Notes: a model not told the origin generated them from the sequence alone. 64,000 nt of DNA from Camelus ferus (GCF_009834535.1 NC_045698.1:14758001-14822000), one strand, 5' to 3'. Positions 1 through 13,250 are shown, counted from the stretch's first letter. Numbers and translations: made by a program.

Positions 1-232
1 AAGACATGAAACTACCTCCTGTCATTAAGATACAAGGGGATCCTTTGCAATTAGCAAACACAAGCGGCCTAAGATTCCCTCCCTTACTTCCTGGTCTTAA
101 AATCTCTCCCTCCCTTTGTTTCAGTGGAGTTGAGCTCAGACTGAATTCTCCACTCTGTCCTCTATTGCATAGCCTTGAGTAAAGTCTTCTATATCTGTTT
201 AACTTTTTTCCAGTGCAATTTTGTTTTTAGCA
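1..232 (+). mobile_element. 3' part of an ERV1-like solo LTR (MER34/MER39-like), cut by the window edge
   Basis: LTR R/U5-like wording (GGAGTTGAGCTCAGACTGAA...CTATTGCATAGCCTTG), variant poly(A) signal AGTAAA at 178-183, and a terminal CA at 231-232. Family name from recall. Confidence 0.6.
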
Positions 233-714
233 AAGCCTGGAAAAATCAGTGGTTAAACAGTAAATCAAGCGGAGATGCCAGAACAACCTTGGCTGAGTAC
301 TGAGGATGGGTTCAGGAGGTCCACCAACCTCGAGATACTAAAACGGATTAATTATGTAAGAATAGAGAATCTACTAGTTATGCCCCAGAAAGCTGAGAGA
401 ATGTTCTGGTCATTAAAATAATTAGAAACATGTTATGACACTACTACCAGGATTCCATGAAATGCAGGAGGCGCGAATCCCAAGAAAAGGTTGCTGTTTT
501 TAAAGGAAGGGGAAATCGATATTGGTTGTAAAACAACACTGACGTCCATCACAACCAATCCTAATTTACCTCATCTTGCATTTTGTGTATTCCTGTAGCT
601 CTTATTTAAATATTTCACAATGAAAGGAATTACTAATAAATATAGACATAAAATTAATTTTATTTCTTTATATTTATATTACACTTATTTCTAAACAAGA
701 TTCTAGCTCAACAC

Positions 715-1193
715 TATTGACTGAAATAAACGCACAGCCTAAAAGTTGAGAGTTACATTTTATTTGGCGGGAGGACTCCAGCCTGGATGACAGCCTCTCA
801 GATCGCTCTGAGGGACGGCTCCAGAGAGGTAGGGGAGGAGCTAGGATGTATAGGAGCTTTACAACAAAGACCAGGTAATTGGAACATTAAAAGATTACTT
901 GGTAACTAAAGAAAACCAGGCATCTCAAGTCAAAGAATTTAGTACTTTTCTATGTATGGGAGGAAGCAAACATTTGGGCTCATTGAATTAATTCCTTTGA
1001 CAAGCACCTAGCTATCTAGGGCCAGTGTCCTGTCCTTTCTTATTCTGAGTCCCCTCAGGGTGCAGCATTGTGAGTGGCTGCAGAGGCCGGGCTGCAGGCT
1101 TGTCTTCACTGGGGGGAGGCGGCAGCCGCTGATGACTTGATGGCTTCAGCATTCTTTGTTTACTGACATGGTTTGCAGTATTTTTTGTTCACA
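715..1193 (-). mobile_element. Solo ERV1 LTR, MER41-like (cetartiodactyl type)
   Basis: Exact 4-bp TSD ACAC at 711-714 and 1194-1197. The minus strand starts TG and ends CAATA (terminal CA mutated). Minus-strand AATAAA at 759-764. Several CpGs retained. Matches recalled MER41_BT-type text (CCTAAAAGTTGAGA...TTTTATTTGGCGG; CAACAAAGACCAGG). Confidence 0.85.
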
Positions 1194-1422
1194 ACACAAA
1201 TTTTTAAGAATTTGATAAAAACATAATGATGATTACATTGTTAAAGATTAGGGGGAAATTAGGATACATGAAAAGAAAAAGACAACTATGCTAGAGATAA
1301 GGGTCTTCAATAATAAAATTTAAAATTAGCCGATAGCATCTTTACAGCCAGTGAGAGACTATAATGGGTCATGTTGCTCTTGTCATGCAAAATAGAAAGT
1401 ACATTATTTTTTTGTGGGTGAG

Positions 1423-1962
1423 TATATTAGTTTTCTATTTCTGTTGTAGCAAATTGCCACCAACTTAGTTGTTTAAAACACAAATATGTTAACTCACAGC
1501 TCTGTAGTCAGAAATCCTAGTGGGCTGACTGGTTGCAGGTTTCACAAGGCCAGTTAAGATCTTGGCTGGCTTGGGCTCAGAAACAAATTTGCTTCCAAGA
1601 TCATTCAGGTTGTTTGCAGAATTCTTGCAGCTTTTTCTGGCTGAGATCTTGCTGTTTATTATCCAGGGAACTCTCAGTTCCTTACAACCACCTGCATTCC
1701 TGGCTGCTTCAAACCAATGGGATGTTTTGTCCTTTTCATGCTTTAAGTCTCTTTAACTTCTCATCTGCCAAATTTCTTTTGCTCCAGCTGAATGTTGTTC
1801 TCTGGTTTTAAGAATCTCTGTGATTAGACTGGGCCTAAACATTTATTCCAGGTTAATTTTATAAGATCCTCAACCTACATTAGATTGCAAAGTTCCTCTT
1901 TTCAAGTAATACAATGCATTCATGGTTCCTGGCGTTAGGGAGGGGCCATTCTGTCTACAACA
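1423..1962 (-). mobile_element. MaLR solo LTR (MLT1E/F-like)
   Basis: Typical reverse MLT1 start TATATTAGTTTTCTATT...CAAATTGCCACCAACTTAG and end GGGGCCATTCTGTCTACAACA. Confidence 0.75.
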
Positions 1963-4894
1963 AGGAGGAACTTTATCAAAACAGAGGAAAAAATCCTTTT
2001 CAAATGTGATTTCAGCGGGGTCACAGTGATGCAAGAAATACCATCTTTAGTATTCCTTATATTATTATTCATGCAAAACTCATTTCCTTTGGCGAGTGTG
2101 ACTCTCCAAACAATCTGATTCATTACACTAAAATATTTGGTCACTGCAAGGGGAATGTAGAACCTTTTAGAAGTAACAAGTCTCAAGACATAGATGTATG
2201 GTACACATAGTTTTTTAGCAAATGATCTTCAAATTCTATTTTCTCCAACCAACTTGTTTTGTACGTACTTTTCCTTAAGTCTCTAACAAGTGCCTGGAAT
2301 TGTGGCAGTTCTATATTCATATTGATAGATCTGTCCACTTTGCAAATTAGGTAAATCAGCTTGAATATCAATTATTTCCTGTCTTCCTTTGTCAACAGAA
2401 TTATGTATGTAGCACCCCTCAAATATCAGGTGAACTGAAAATGTTTTCTATATTTAAATTGGTTGCAGTAATTTATGTACATAAAGTGCTGCTTGAAAAT
2501 CAGCTAATATTTTCCTTGAAATGATGAAGATGCCTCATTTTCACTCTTTCTAAATGTACTTTAGTTGCTGAGAGAGTTTAGTATGCTGTGTGATATTTCT
2601 GGCCTTTTGGCAAATCAGGCATATCCTGAATGCAATGATAATCCCTACCCAGCAGGTATTTCTAAGTGACTACGAACAAAATTAACTGTGTGCAAATGTT
2701 CATATAATTACGGTTTGATATGATGTGAGATAAGACACTTTATTTTCCTTAGTATCATAGGCAGATTGCAGGTTAATTTACTGATTCCAGGGACATAAAC
2801 AACTAATTTTCATGCACAAAACCCAACTAAAGAGATGTTTCATACCGTATCTTTACACGTTTTGAAAGGAAACCTTCATTTTTGTATTATTAATTTCTTT
2901 CGTGTACTAACAATAGGTTTTGAAATGTTTCCTCTTCTTTTTAAATCTATAGTATAATTCATATTGTCTTAGTCTAGTTATTTTAAAAATAATAAGCAAT
3001 CACTTCTCATAAAAGCATTGCATTGAATTAATACATATTATATATATATATTATATTTTCAGTATTTTCTAATACCCAAATCTCATGACTCATAGAATAA
3101 ACTTGAAAGTAAAAGCTGTTGATTAATATGATTCATTTTATCTATTTGCAAACTTGTAAACTGCAAAGTCTCTTAAATACTCATCAGCTCCAAGAATGAA
3201 TAGAGAATATTAAGCTCCTGTAACTCTATGTCCCAACCACCACACAAGCTGCCATCTGTTACTCATAATTAGACAATTCTAGCATAGGGTCTCTACAAAC
3301 TAGATGCTTGTGTTTTATAGAATAAATGGTGGGAAAAGCCCAGAAATGGTAACTCAAATATGTTAGAGTCTCATCTCAGCCACTGTCAAATGGCCTTAAT
3401 ATTTCCTTTTCTCGCTGCAAATGATGAAAGTATCCTACTGAGAGCTGGGGCAATGCTGCCTCTGCTCATACATTGCTTTGGTGTATACGGAGCAACTGCA
3501 ATGGGACAACATTATTTGCAGATATAGTTTCATATTTTTAATGTGTTCATTTCTTATTCATGTGTGCTAAGTCACATTTGCACTGAAACGTAGGTCTTTA
3601 GTTTTATGAAAAATATGGACAAGTAGAAGCAGGGTATATATCACAATCATTTTTAAATATAAATAGTATTTATGTTAGTGTTTACTTGCTCGGTATTTAT
3701 TTCTCATTTTGGATTTGGAAAAAATAACAAGGAGGCATGAGTAAGGTTAACATTTGGAGTGAGAATTTTAATAAACAGAAATATATTTAGGAATGTAGAA
3801 GCCAAAATTTGGCCTTAAAGTGAAAGATCTTATTTGAATTACCTGATTTCAATATGAGGAAGGCATGCTGATCACGGTTGTCATTTATGTGATCGCCTCT
3901 GCGAAGGTCCCAGCTTCACGTCCACAAGTGTCACTTAGTTCAGTCTGGGACATATGCCTCCATTAACAATTCAAGAAGGGGGATGATAAACGCTTTGGAT
4001 TTAATAAATCGATAAACTGAGTCGCACTTCACAGTAAATTGCATGTAATTAGTTGAAATACATAATGTATATGCATTAATATATATATACAATATACCTT
4101 CATAACTAAATGATATACGCACACCTGTATTATTACAGAATAATACGGAGCCACATTCCAATTCTTTTTCACTAACACATTTGGGGACCTCTTTGGGCAT
4201 GCAAAAAATAAATCTATAAATTCTCCCTATCATCTTTTACTCATTATTCTCAGTTGTACTCTCACCCTCGCTCAGAAATTGTGCTGATATTGTAGATTAT
4301 TATAAGATTGATAAAATCCTTATCTCAAAGCTTTTTTTAATTGTGCAGTTTTCATACCACCTACAAAGTCTAGAATGTTCATTCTACAAAACATAAAGGA
4401 TTCATGTCTATTTATCTTAATCTAGCACTTTCTGTCTCTCGTACTGAATAAACTTATAAAAATGCAGGATTTTGAAGATTTGATTCTCTTCAAATATGAA
4501 TCCATCCTTCTAAAGACTGCTGAAATCACATTTTTCTTTAGACTTTTTTTTTTCCTGATGGGTATGGAATATAAATCTCCCTGATTTTAAATGGAAAAAA
4601 TAACTTTAGGTTAATTATTACCTGAAAGAAGTCCTTAAATTTATGGTTTCTAGGCTTAAATCCCATTGAAAGGTCTCTGGTGTTTCTATATTTAACTCTT
4701 TCTGAGCCGTACAGAGCATTAGGACAGGTATTCCTCTGGTATATTGGCAGTGTTGTGTTGGGGGAGGGAGAGAAGACCTTACTTATTTTCCTTTTAATTA
4801 CTTTTCCCAAAACCTCTAATTTAAGAAAGACTTTCAATGGAAGTGATCTCATCCTCAAATCAGTATTTACTAACTAATGTATGTGTGTAGTTCT

Positions 4895-5460
4895 ATTCAA
4901 TTCAATTCAGCAAAACAAATTATTGTAAGTGCCTTGCCAGGCAGTAGATAATTGGAAGAAAACATAGGGGAAATAAGCTATATCTGTTAGTCTTAGAAAG
5001 CCCATTTATAGTTGGGAGGTAGAAATGAAGCCACATAAATATGATACATAGGTCACATTATGGTAGTATCTGCAAAGTGCTACAGTAATGGATGAGGAAG
5101 CTTTACATTTTATCTTAGTAGCTGAGGACATATTCGTATTAGTTTTTGAACAATGACCAGGAAGTTTCTAGCTGTATATGCTCAGGGTAATGCAGGCAGT
5201 AGAAAGTGTACTGTCCGACTGCTTTACAAATGCACAGATTCTTGTGATCTGGTGAAGTGCATGTAAGAGGAATGAGAGAACTCATCTGACTCCAGACTCA
5301 GACCTGCTTGTACACCTGAACAAAGAGTTTTTAAGGAGAGGCATAATAATGTGATTAGAAAGACTTAAGGATCATGAATGAGTAGATGAGTAGTTTGGAT
5401 TAGAAGGATATGGTTAACAGTTCAGCATAGGGATAATGAACACTTGAACTAGAAGAGAAA
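4895..5460 (-). mobile_element. LINE-2 (L2) 3' fragment
   Basis: ATTCAATTCAATTCAGCAAA (reverse of the L2 TGAA tail) followed by GTGCCTTGCCAGGCA and purine-rich L2-like sequence. Confidence 0.55.
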
Positions 5461-5601
5461 TGTTGAGGGAAAAGATGAGTAAGTGTATGTGTGTACATAT
5501 ATGCACAGACATACAGACTTCCTTGTTTTATAAGATTTAAAAGTTCTTTTGATGGTGGGGCACAACACACTGATCTCTCATAGATGAAAAGCTGAACTCT
5601 A

Positions 5602-5965
5602 TGTTACAGCTCAGGATAGACGGCTGCTACGCAGGAGATGGTGCCTGGGGACAGGGTAACGGCAAAATGGAGCAACAGGGGGACAACTTACGTATGGCAA
5701 GTGGAGTGGGGTTGACCTGGGCTCCCCATGGGTTGCCTAGTTTGAATAATGTTGTGGGCTCCAGGGCATAGGTGCTATACCCTGTTGTTTGGTGCCCGGC
5801 CCTGAGGAGATAAAAGCAGGTGCCTAGTGGCTCAGAGTGAGCTGGTATAAGAGAAGTGGTTGGGGTGTGGAATTAATAGGCTGCTCAAGAAAGACCAGCC
5901 TCTAGTCAGCCCCTCCAAACTGGGTCAAGACAGCATTAAAAAAAAAAACAAACCCTGTATTATAC
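5602..5965 (-). mobile_element. ERVL-class LTR fragment (MER54/MER74-like)
   Basis: GC-richer block starting TGTTACAG with CCTAGTTTGAATAAT...GGCTCCAGGGCATAGG...GGCCCTGAGG, recalled from old ERVL LTRs. Subfamily uncertain. Confidence 0.5.
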
Positions 5966-6199
5966 TCCTCAAAAATATTTTCCATCTCATCTACATCTTT
6001 CTTCTCTACGTCCAATTATCTACAGTTATCTGCATTCCAAAACAGTGTTTTACAAACAGTATTTCTAAAATTCTGGTATTAAGACAGTTAAACTCTGTTT
6101 TACTTAAATTTACATACACTGTACCCACTAAATCATATTTAAATAATTTTATATTCATGGAAAATGAATGCATATTTATTATATAAAGTTTAGAAATGC

Positions 6200-7080
6200 A
6201 CATTGGCATGAAGAAGATAGAAATCACTAATAATCATACTACTAAAAATATCTATTAGAATCTTTCTCTGTATCTTTTGCTTTACATATTCAAATATAAT
6301 TTATCTGTATGTACCATAATTCTGCATTTCTACTCAAAATGAGAAACTTACTAACATAGGGTTTCATAATTTACTTTTCTCATGCAGGTGATGATATATC
6401 ACAAATACCTTTTCATATCTACCCACATTATTTCTCTGCATAATTTTATTGAATGTTTAATATATGAATGGGTCATAATTTATACAATCTCATTTTATAA
6501 ATTCTCTTATACGCATTGTTGAATATATTTTTTCACATAAACGCCTGAGTCTACTTTAAAATGGTTTCTTTTTGAAAATGAATAATTGATTCAAAGAATA
6601 TGATCTATTTTAAATTTTTTGTAAGTATTACTGTATTTACATCCAGAATAGACTATTACATTTGTTACAAATTCTACAATTTACAGAATATTATTTAATG
6701 TTTTCAATTGGATACATGCCAAATGTGACCATATTTGGTTATTTGGTTTATTGGCTACTAACTAGATTGAACATGTCTCATAATTTATTGTATAGTTTTG
6801 TTTTTGTCTCAGGGTATTTTTTCCCCTAATGATTAATTAATTGCCCTCAATATCCAATCGAGCAATTCATTCTACTGCTTTGATATAGCGCTTTATTTAT
6901 TTGCTAATCACATACATGTAGTTGAGCGTTTCTGAACTTTCCAGTTCACATTGACTTGTCTTTTTATTCATGGTCCATGGCTCTGTATCTTACTACTGTA
7001 ATAACTAGAACTTTTTAACAGATTTTAATATCTAGGGTTTTAAGCCTTACCTCACCTTTCATTCTTTATTTTGTACATTG
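6200..7080 (-). mobile_element. Highly decayed L1M fragments
   Basis: T-rich text resembling reverse L1 3' regions (e.g. GATTGAACATGTCTCATAATTTATTG). Confidence 0.4.
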
Positions 7081-7246
7081 CTGATTCCAAACAAATATTA
7101 GCTCTGTCCTCTAGAAAGCAAAGCTTGAGATAAGGCAAATGTGAAGATATTAGATCTCAGAGGTGTGAACTCCCTACTAGGGTAGAGATGGAGATGAAAG
7201 AAGAAGCCGTGAGGCATGGGCAGGTGTGAAGTAAGGCAACACTATG

Positions 7247-7628
7247 TGTTTCCCAAGAAGACAGAAAGAACTCAGAGTCAGGAGGCCAGAAGAGGGAGCT
7301 CTCACATCCTACAATAATAGCGGAGCCCAATAGGAAGAAAGACTTCTTGCTTGGCAAAAGCTCAGTCAGTGAGAGACTATTACAACTCAGCCAATGAAAA
7401 GCCTATAACTTTAAACTCTCAATTACTTGAATGGACTCTTTCTTTACTATAGCCCAACTGGCTTCCTTTTCCCTTCTTTAAAAAAGTTATTTTTGCCTTG
7501 TTTCAGAGGACTTGCACATGGCTTGCTATGGTTGCAGACCCTGAATTGCTATTCTTTGCTGATCCTAAATAAACCCTTTTTTTTTTTGCTGCAGAAATAA
7601 CTGTCAGTCTACTTGTTTAAGGTCAGTA
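7247..7628 (+). mobile_element. Solo ERV-type LTR, apparently nested in an older ERVL-like LTR remnant (~7100-7700)
   Basis: Starts TG, has CCAAT boxes (GCCCAATAG, AGCCAATGA) and AATAAA at ~7568. Flanked by CTATG (7242-7246) and CTACG (7629-7633), a TSD differing by one CpG transition. Confidence 0.65.
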
Positions 7629-7808
7629 CTACGTCTAGGAATTACCTAGCTCTGGAGGGGCAATCTTTCTGCTGCCAGCTAGTCACCCCCTGTATGTCAA
7701 AATATTACAATATATAAAAATTACAATTAATAAAACATAGTTGTTCTGTCTAGAGTTTGAAAGAAGAAATTTCACCTCAAAACCATCCTGATTTGTTCTC
7801 AGATTTTC

Positions 7809-8245
7809 TGTTATAGGTTGAATTGTATACTTCTAAAAGATATTAAAGTCCCAACCCTCAGTACTTCTGAATTTGACTTTATTTGGAAAGAGGGTCTTTG
7901 TAAATGAACAACTTAAGACAACGTCATTAGAGCCAGGACTAAACCAATATGTCTGGTGGCCTAACAAAAAGGGGAAATTGGGGCACAGAGTCACTGGGGG
8001 AATACCAGATGGCAACTGGAGTAACAGTGTCACAAGTAAAGGAACACCAGAGATTGGGGGTAACTCACCAGAAGCTAGAAGGGAGGTGTGGCACAGATCC
8101 TTCTCTCACAGACCTCAGTGGGAGCTGACCCTGCAGGCATCTTGATTTAGGACTTGCTGTCTCCAGAACTGTGAGAAAATAAATTTCTGTTTAAGCCACC
8201 CAATGAGTGGTACTTTGTTACAGCAGCAACTATGAAATGAGTATG
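7809..8245 (+). mobile_element. MaLR solo LTR (MLT1B/C-like)
   Basis: TGTTATAGGTTGAATTGT start, internal TTATTTGGAAAGAGGGTCTTTG, and 3' CTCCAGAACTGTGAGAAAATAAATTTCTGTTTAAGCCACC...TGGTACTTTGTTACAGCAGC. Confidence 0.85.
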
Positions 8246-9929
8246 CCTTATTTCTCGCGTTTTCATCTACCAGGGTTCTCTACAAAGGTGGCCAAATCCC
8301 TTACTTTTCTGGGTTCTATTAACGGCCCCCATGGAGGCTGCTCAGGAAGGCAATGGCATGAAGTGGGGGCATTTCATCTGAGACCAGAAGTTATGAGGAC
8401 ACTTTGCCTGGACAGTCGAAGACTAATAAATGGGAGATAAATGGAAGACATCAAAGTAATTATATAAGTACCCCAAATATATGTCCAGTAAAAAGTCTAA
8501 ATACAGATCACAAATGGACACACACACATTTTATTTAAGAATATTTTAGGCCATGTCAATATTGTATTCACGGTCCTTTTCTATTTTTCTCTTTGAATCA
8601 TATTATACACACATAGGCAAAGCTATTTTGATATATGAGAAAGATAAAAATGAGGAACAAGTTTCCTGATTTCAGTCATGTTTCTCCCACTGAACTTCCT
8701 GTATAGACATGGAAATTGACTGACAATTTTGAACAATGAAGAATAGTAATTTAAATTAGATTTTAAAAACTGTTAAATAGCTACATTAACAAATTTGTCC
8801 AAGCTGTCACAATTCAGCTCTTTAATATAGGGATGCAAATAATTTTAATTATCATTTAAAAGAAGCATAGAAACAATATTTAGTCATTACTTAACAAAAA
8901 TAACAATTCATTTAGTCAAATATTTTCTTTTACTTCTGAGTTTATCACTGAGGGAAATCTAGCATTCTGCATCTTATAAAGCAATGTACTCTTTTTGCCC
9001 TGGAGGAATATATAACCTTTCACATGCTTTCACTATTTTATAACATACATGCTAATTTTTTTTGAAATTTGAGAACAAAATTGAGCAAAATATAAAAATT
9101 CATATAAACATCTCTTTAGGTATTCTTAACATTTTACATATTGTAAATTTTATATGTAGAATCCATATCTGTTTTTATTTCTTCATAGTTTCTATCTTGT
9201 TGTTGATATTACTGCATCACAGAATAGAGAATCTACAGAACTGTAACTACTTGGCAAACACAATATTGATTAATTATCCAGCTTGATTAATTTTTCAGGA
9301 TTGATCATGATTATAACCTCTGACTCAAAAGAAAAACACATTATAATTTTTAAAATATACTTTTCTTATATGAAAGTGATGGCTATGTTTAATTTAATAT
9401 TCCTATTTCAATTATAGTAATGTTTGTTGCAAAGCTACACATGTATTTCTTTAAACCAGTTCTATTTATATTATTAATGTTACAATAGTTTAAGTCAATA
9501 ATCTTATTTGCTAATATTGGTTTAGTTCTAACAACATCCATCATTGTTTAACGATCTGTTGGAGTGCAACAAATTTATGTACTTATATTATAAAGGCTCC
9601 TTTTGGCAACAGATAATTCATAAAGAGAAGCTTTATTAAGTGTCATCAAATAAGGTTTACGCTCTCTTGATTCAAGAACAATTTGTGTTTTGATGGAAAA
9701 TAATATATCATAACAAATTGCATTTATTTTATATAAAGAATAACTATTAAGGATGATATTTCTGTAGTGATACTATAACTCTGATATTCATTAATGCTTA
9801 TACAGTGGTGTATTTTATCACGTGTGTGTGTGTGATTTACCCTGAGTATATGTCCTATAGTTTTAAAGACAATATCAAAATGCATAAATTGGATTTTGAA
9901 GCATGGAGGGAATATAATCATGATAGCAA

Positions 9930-10318
9930 TTAATGTTCATTAAATATTCAAATATCAGCTCTCTGATTTCTGAACATATAATAGAATTATACCTCCTAGC
10001 TCCCATGCAATTGGAGCCAAATGATTAATTCTGATTTAAAAGTTATAAGTGACTAGAACATCTCATTTACAGGACAGAGCCTTTACTAATGAATCAAAGG
10101 CTTCCAGAGCTTTCTTTTCTTATACCACGATACTGGCAGAATTTGGGATGTGGTGGCTATATGAACCCAGATCCCTAAATTACTACAATGAAGAGAATTA
10201 ACAGCCCATTTATCCAACTGAAAATGATTAATAAATAAACTTTTGTCATGTTAAGACATTATATTACTCAAACATTGTTTACTAGTGCAAAATAACCTCT
10301 CCTATCCTGACTTATATA
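9930..10318 (+). mobile_element. Old MaLR LTR (MLT1I/J-like)
   Basis: 3' end AATAAACTTTTGTCATGTTAAGAC...TTGTTTACTAGTGCAAAATAACC...CTATCCTGACT is typical of old MLT1. Confidence 0.55.
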
Positions 10319-10669
10319 ACAACATTCACCTTTTCCATATGCATATAATATGGTTACTTACTATGGAAATGTAGTTCAAGTTTCAATGTGGTACTCTGAA
10401 AGGCAGAATCCAAAACTGCACAACATACATTTGCATTAACAAAATATTACTTCAATTTTTATATTGAAAGTGGGATAATGTTCTCATTTCTTTTATTTCT
10501 CAAAATAACAAAGTGAGAATGGACTTTATGCCTCTGCAATTAGCTCAGGTATGGAGAAATGTAAGGATTATGTGGAATAGGATACTATTATTATAAAATA
10601 TAACACAAACAAAATAAATTCAGATAAAATTATAAGGATGATATTAATAATACTTATTATGAAACCAGC

Positions 10670-11225
10670 AAAAATTTATTCAATAGTTAGTATGTGTCTG
10701 TCATTCTAATAAGTGATTTATATATAATATCTCACTTAATTCTTACAGTAATGTCATATAAATTACTAATATTATTGTCATTTTTCAGATAATAAAAACT
10801 AAGGTTTAGAGAGGTGTTATGGTCTGAATTGTTTCCCCCTCAAATCCATCTGTTGACATTCCAACCCCTAGTACTTCAGAATGTAACCAAATTTGGAGGC
10901 AAGGCTAGAAGGGGATTAAGTTAAAAGGAGGCAGTCAGGCTGGGACCCTAATCCAATATGACTGGTGTCCTTGTAAGAAAACGAAGAGACACCAGTGATG
11001 CAGGCACACAGAGAAAAAGGCTTTCATACACAAGCCAAGGAGAGAGGACTCAGGAGAAGCCAAACCTGCCAACACCTTGATCTTGGACTTCCCTACAGAA
11101 CTGTGAGAAAATAAATACCTGTTGATTAAGTCACCCAATGAGGGGTGGTAATTTGCTCAAAAGTCACAAAAAGCATGAACGACAGAGAGAGTGATTGCAC
11201 CTGGAGTGTGTAATCAGAGTCAGCC
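10670..11225 (-). mobile_element. MIR SINE split by an MLT1A insertion
   Basis: MIR core TTTTCAGATAATAAAAACTAAGGTTTAGAGAGG runs to 10814 and resumes as GGTAATTTGCTCAAAAGTCACA after ~11144. Confidence 0.65.
10815..11138 (+). mobile_element. MaLR LTR (MLT1A-like), 3' end missing
   Basis: TGTTATGGTCTGAATTGTTTCCCCCTCAAATCC start and CCTGCCAACACCTTGATCTTGGACTTCC...AGAACTGTGAGAAAATAAA. Stops after TTAAGTCACCCA. Confidence 0.85.
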
Positions 11226-12930
11226 CTTATAGCCCCAACATTCCTTGCAGTCTGAATACTTCCTTGTGGTAGCAAACCTTTTTTGCTACGCACTTTCTTC
11301 TGTAACCACTATTGTTCAGCAATACAAATGCCATCATCCTATTTCCCCAGATTACAATTTCAATTTAGAGCACAAATTCACTCCCAAACATCTTTTGAGG
11401 ACACAGTGGATATCTGAATTAAAATGACTTAAGTAACATGGTTTATATGGTATGTGATTATCTGACCTACTCTTCCCAATGGATACAAATTCCTCTGAAT
11501 GAGGGAAGTAAACTGCTGAAAACTCAACAGAGTATATATGGAAAATTTCCAAGGATGATTACATTTTTATGTAAATTTACATGATTTAAGTTACTTCTGT
11601 TTCTAGCCAAGATTCTCCTCTGAGCTTCAAACTGCTTACTTGACATCATCAAAGTCAAGATAGTCAAATTAGTACACTTATGCAATTAAAATAAATTCTT
11701 ATATTTAGGGTCAATATTTCAGTTCCTGTCTAATGTTAACAAATCTACAGTAACTTGGAAGTCTTTGTTTACATGAAATATTGTTAATAATAGAGGATAA
11801 TGTTCTGTAACTCAAATGACAAATTTAAATATTTCAAATTTATATTCCAGTTTTGAATTATCAATGGTTCATGTTACTGAGTCCATGTGTGTTATTTATG
11901 TTTGGCTCATCACTATCATCATAAAGTAGAGCAAAAGGAAAATAACATGAATTGAATCAGTCTAACTGTGAAAATGTTACTTAACCATGCCTTCGTAATT
12001 GAAGATCTCTCAAAACCAACTGTCTATCTAGCAAGCATCTATAATAAAAGTTTACTTCTGATTATCCCTACCTAAATCACTATTTCAATAAAAATAAATA
12101 CAGCAGTTTCCTATAATGGAAAAATGTCACAAATTTAGATAATGGAAGCCATGGAGACGATTAGAGATGATCAAACAATTTAGGGCCCTCGGCCATCTTG
12201 CAAATGAATTCTAATCTGTATTATTATTTATCAGACATTTGAAAACATTGACTTTTCATGCTGAAGGTAATCTCCTGGCAGTGCTGGGGAGTGGGCTGGT
12301 AGGGGAGGGAGTCTTATATTTTCTTTTTCCTTTCCTCTTCCCTCCATTTGGCTTTGCACCTGCCTAGAGCAAAGAGATTCACACTCCATTCATTGCCTCC
12401 CATTGTTTAGGGGAGTAATGGCAAAATCACAAGAAGACAATGCGAAGGAGATTTTCTCAAAATACAAAATTAGGCTCAGTTTTTCATTAGTGGATTTTTC
12501 TCTTTCTGATTGACTTTTCCCACTTCTCCTATAGGGGTTCATTCTAGGGAAAGACAAGTTTGCTGTGATCCCACAGAAAGTTTCAACACAGTACACTATA
12601 GCAAGAATTCTTCCCTTATTCTTTACATGATTTGAAGAGGAATCTAATGATATACAAAGAAATAACATGTTTGTTATTACACGATTGCATGTTTATATAG
12701 GCAAAATGGACTTCACTGTGGTGCTGTTCACCTTTCACATTTAGGTGTATTCAAAATATTTGCTAATTTCTAAATAATGCACGGATAACACATGAAGATC
12801 ATCTCAAAACTACAGTAAAAGAGTCAAGCTAGTTAATATAGAAATAGGAGATTTAAGAGACCAATTCATCCTCCTCCTTCTACTTAACAAGATCTTTTCC
12901 ATAAATAATCAACCCATAGTTGGAATAGAT

Positions 12931-13089
12931 CAGTGGTTCTCAACGGGGACAATTCTGCCCCTGGGGTGTATTTGCTGACATTTTTGATTCCCATAGTTGG
13001 GGGAGATGGAGGCTGCTACCGATTTCTTGTGTGTTGAAATCAAAGATGACGTTCAGCATCCTATAAGGCACAGGGCAGCCCTATAACAA
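12931..13089 (+). mobile_element. MER20-like hAT-Charlie DNA transposon fragment
   Basis: CAGTGGTTCTCAAC terminal repeat, then GGGGACAATTCTGCCCC...GACATTTTTG...CATCCTATAAGGCACAGGGCAGCCC. Confidence 0.75.
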
Positions 13090-13164
13090 TATGCTAGTCC
13101 TGATCCCCGCATACATCCCCCCATCCATTCCTTCTTTTCAGGGTTGCACTTATACATATGCACA

Positions 13165-13250
13165 TGAATGCTTTGTTCACTGCTGTATGTCCAGACTTAA
13201 GGAAATATCAGGCACACAAGTAGGTGTATTATACCTATTTGTATTATATC
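13165..13250 (+). mobile_element. L2 3' end fragment
   Basis: TTTGTTCACTGCTGTATGTCCAG...GGCACACAAGTAGGTG motif. Confidence 0.55.

Noticed and set aside
3980..4022. C/D box snoRNA-like GATGA...CTGA
   Set aside because: The C box is not RTGATGA, the span is too short, and there is no terminal stem.
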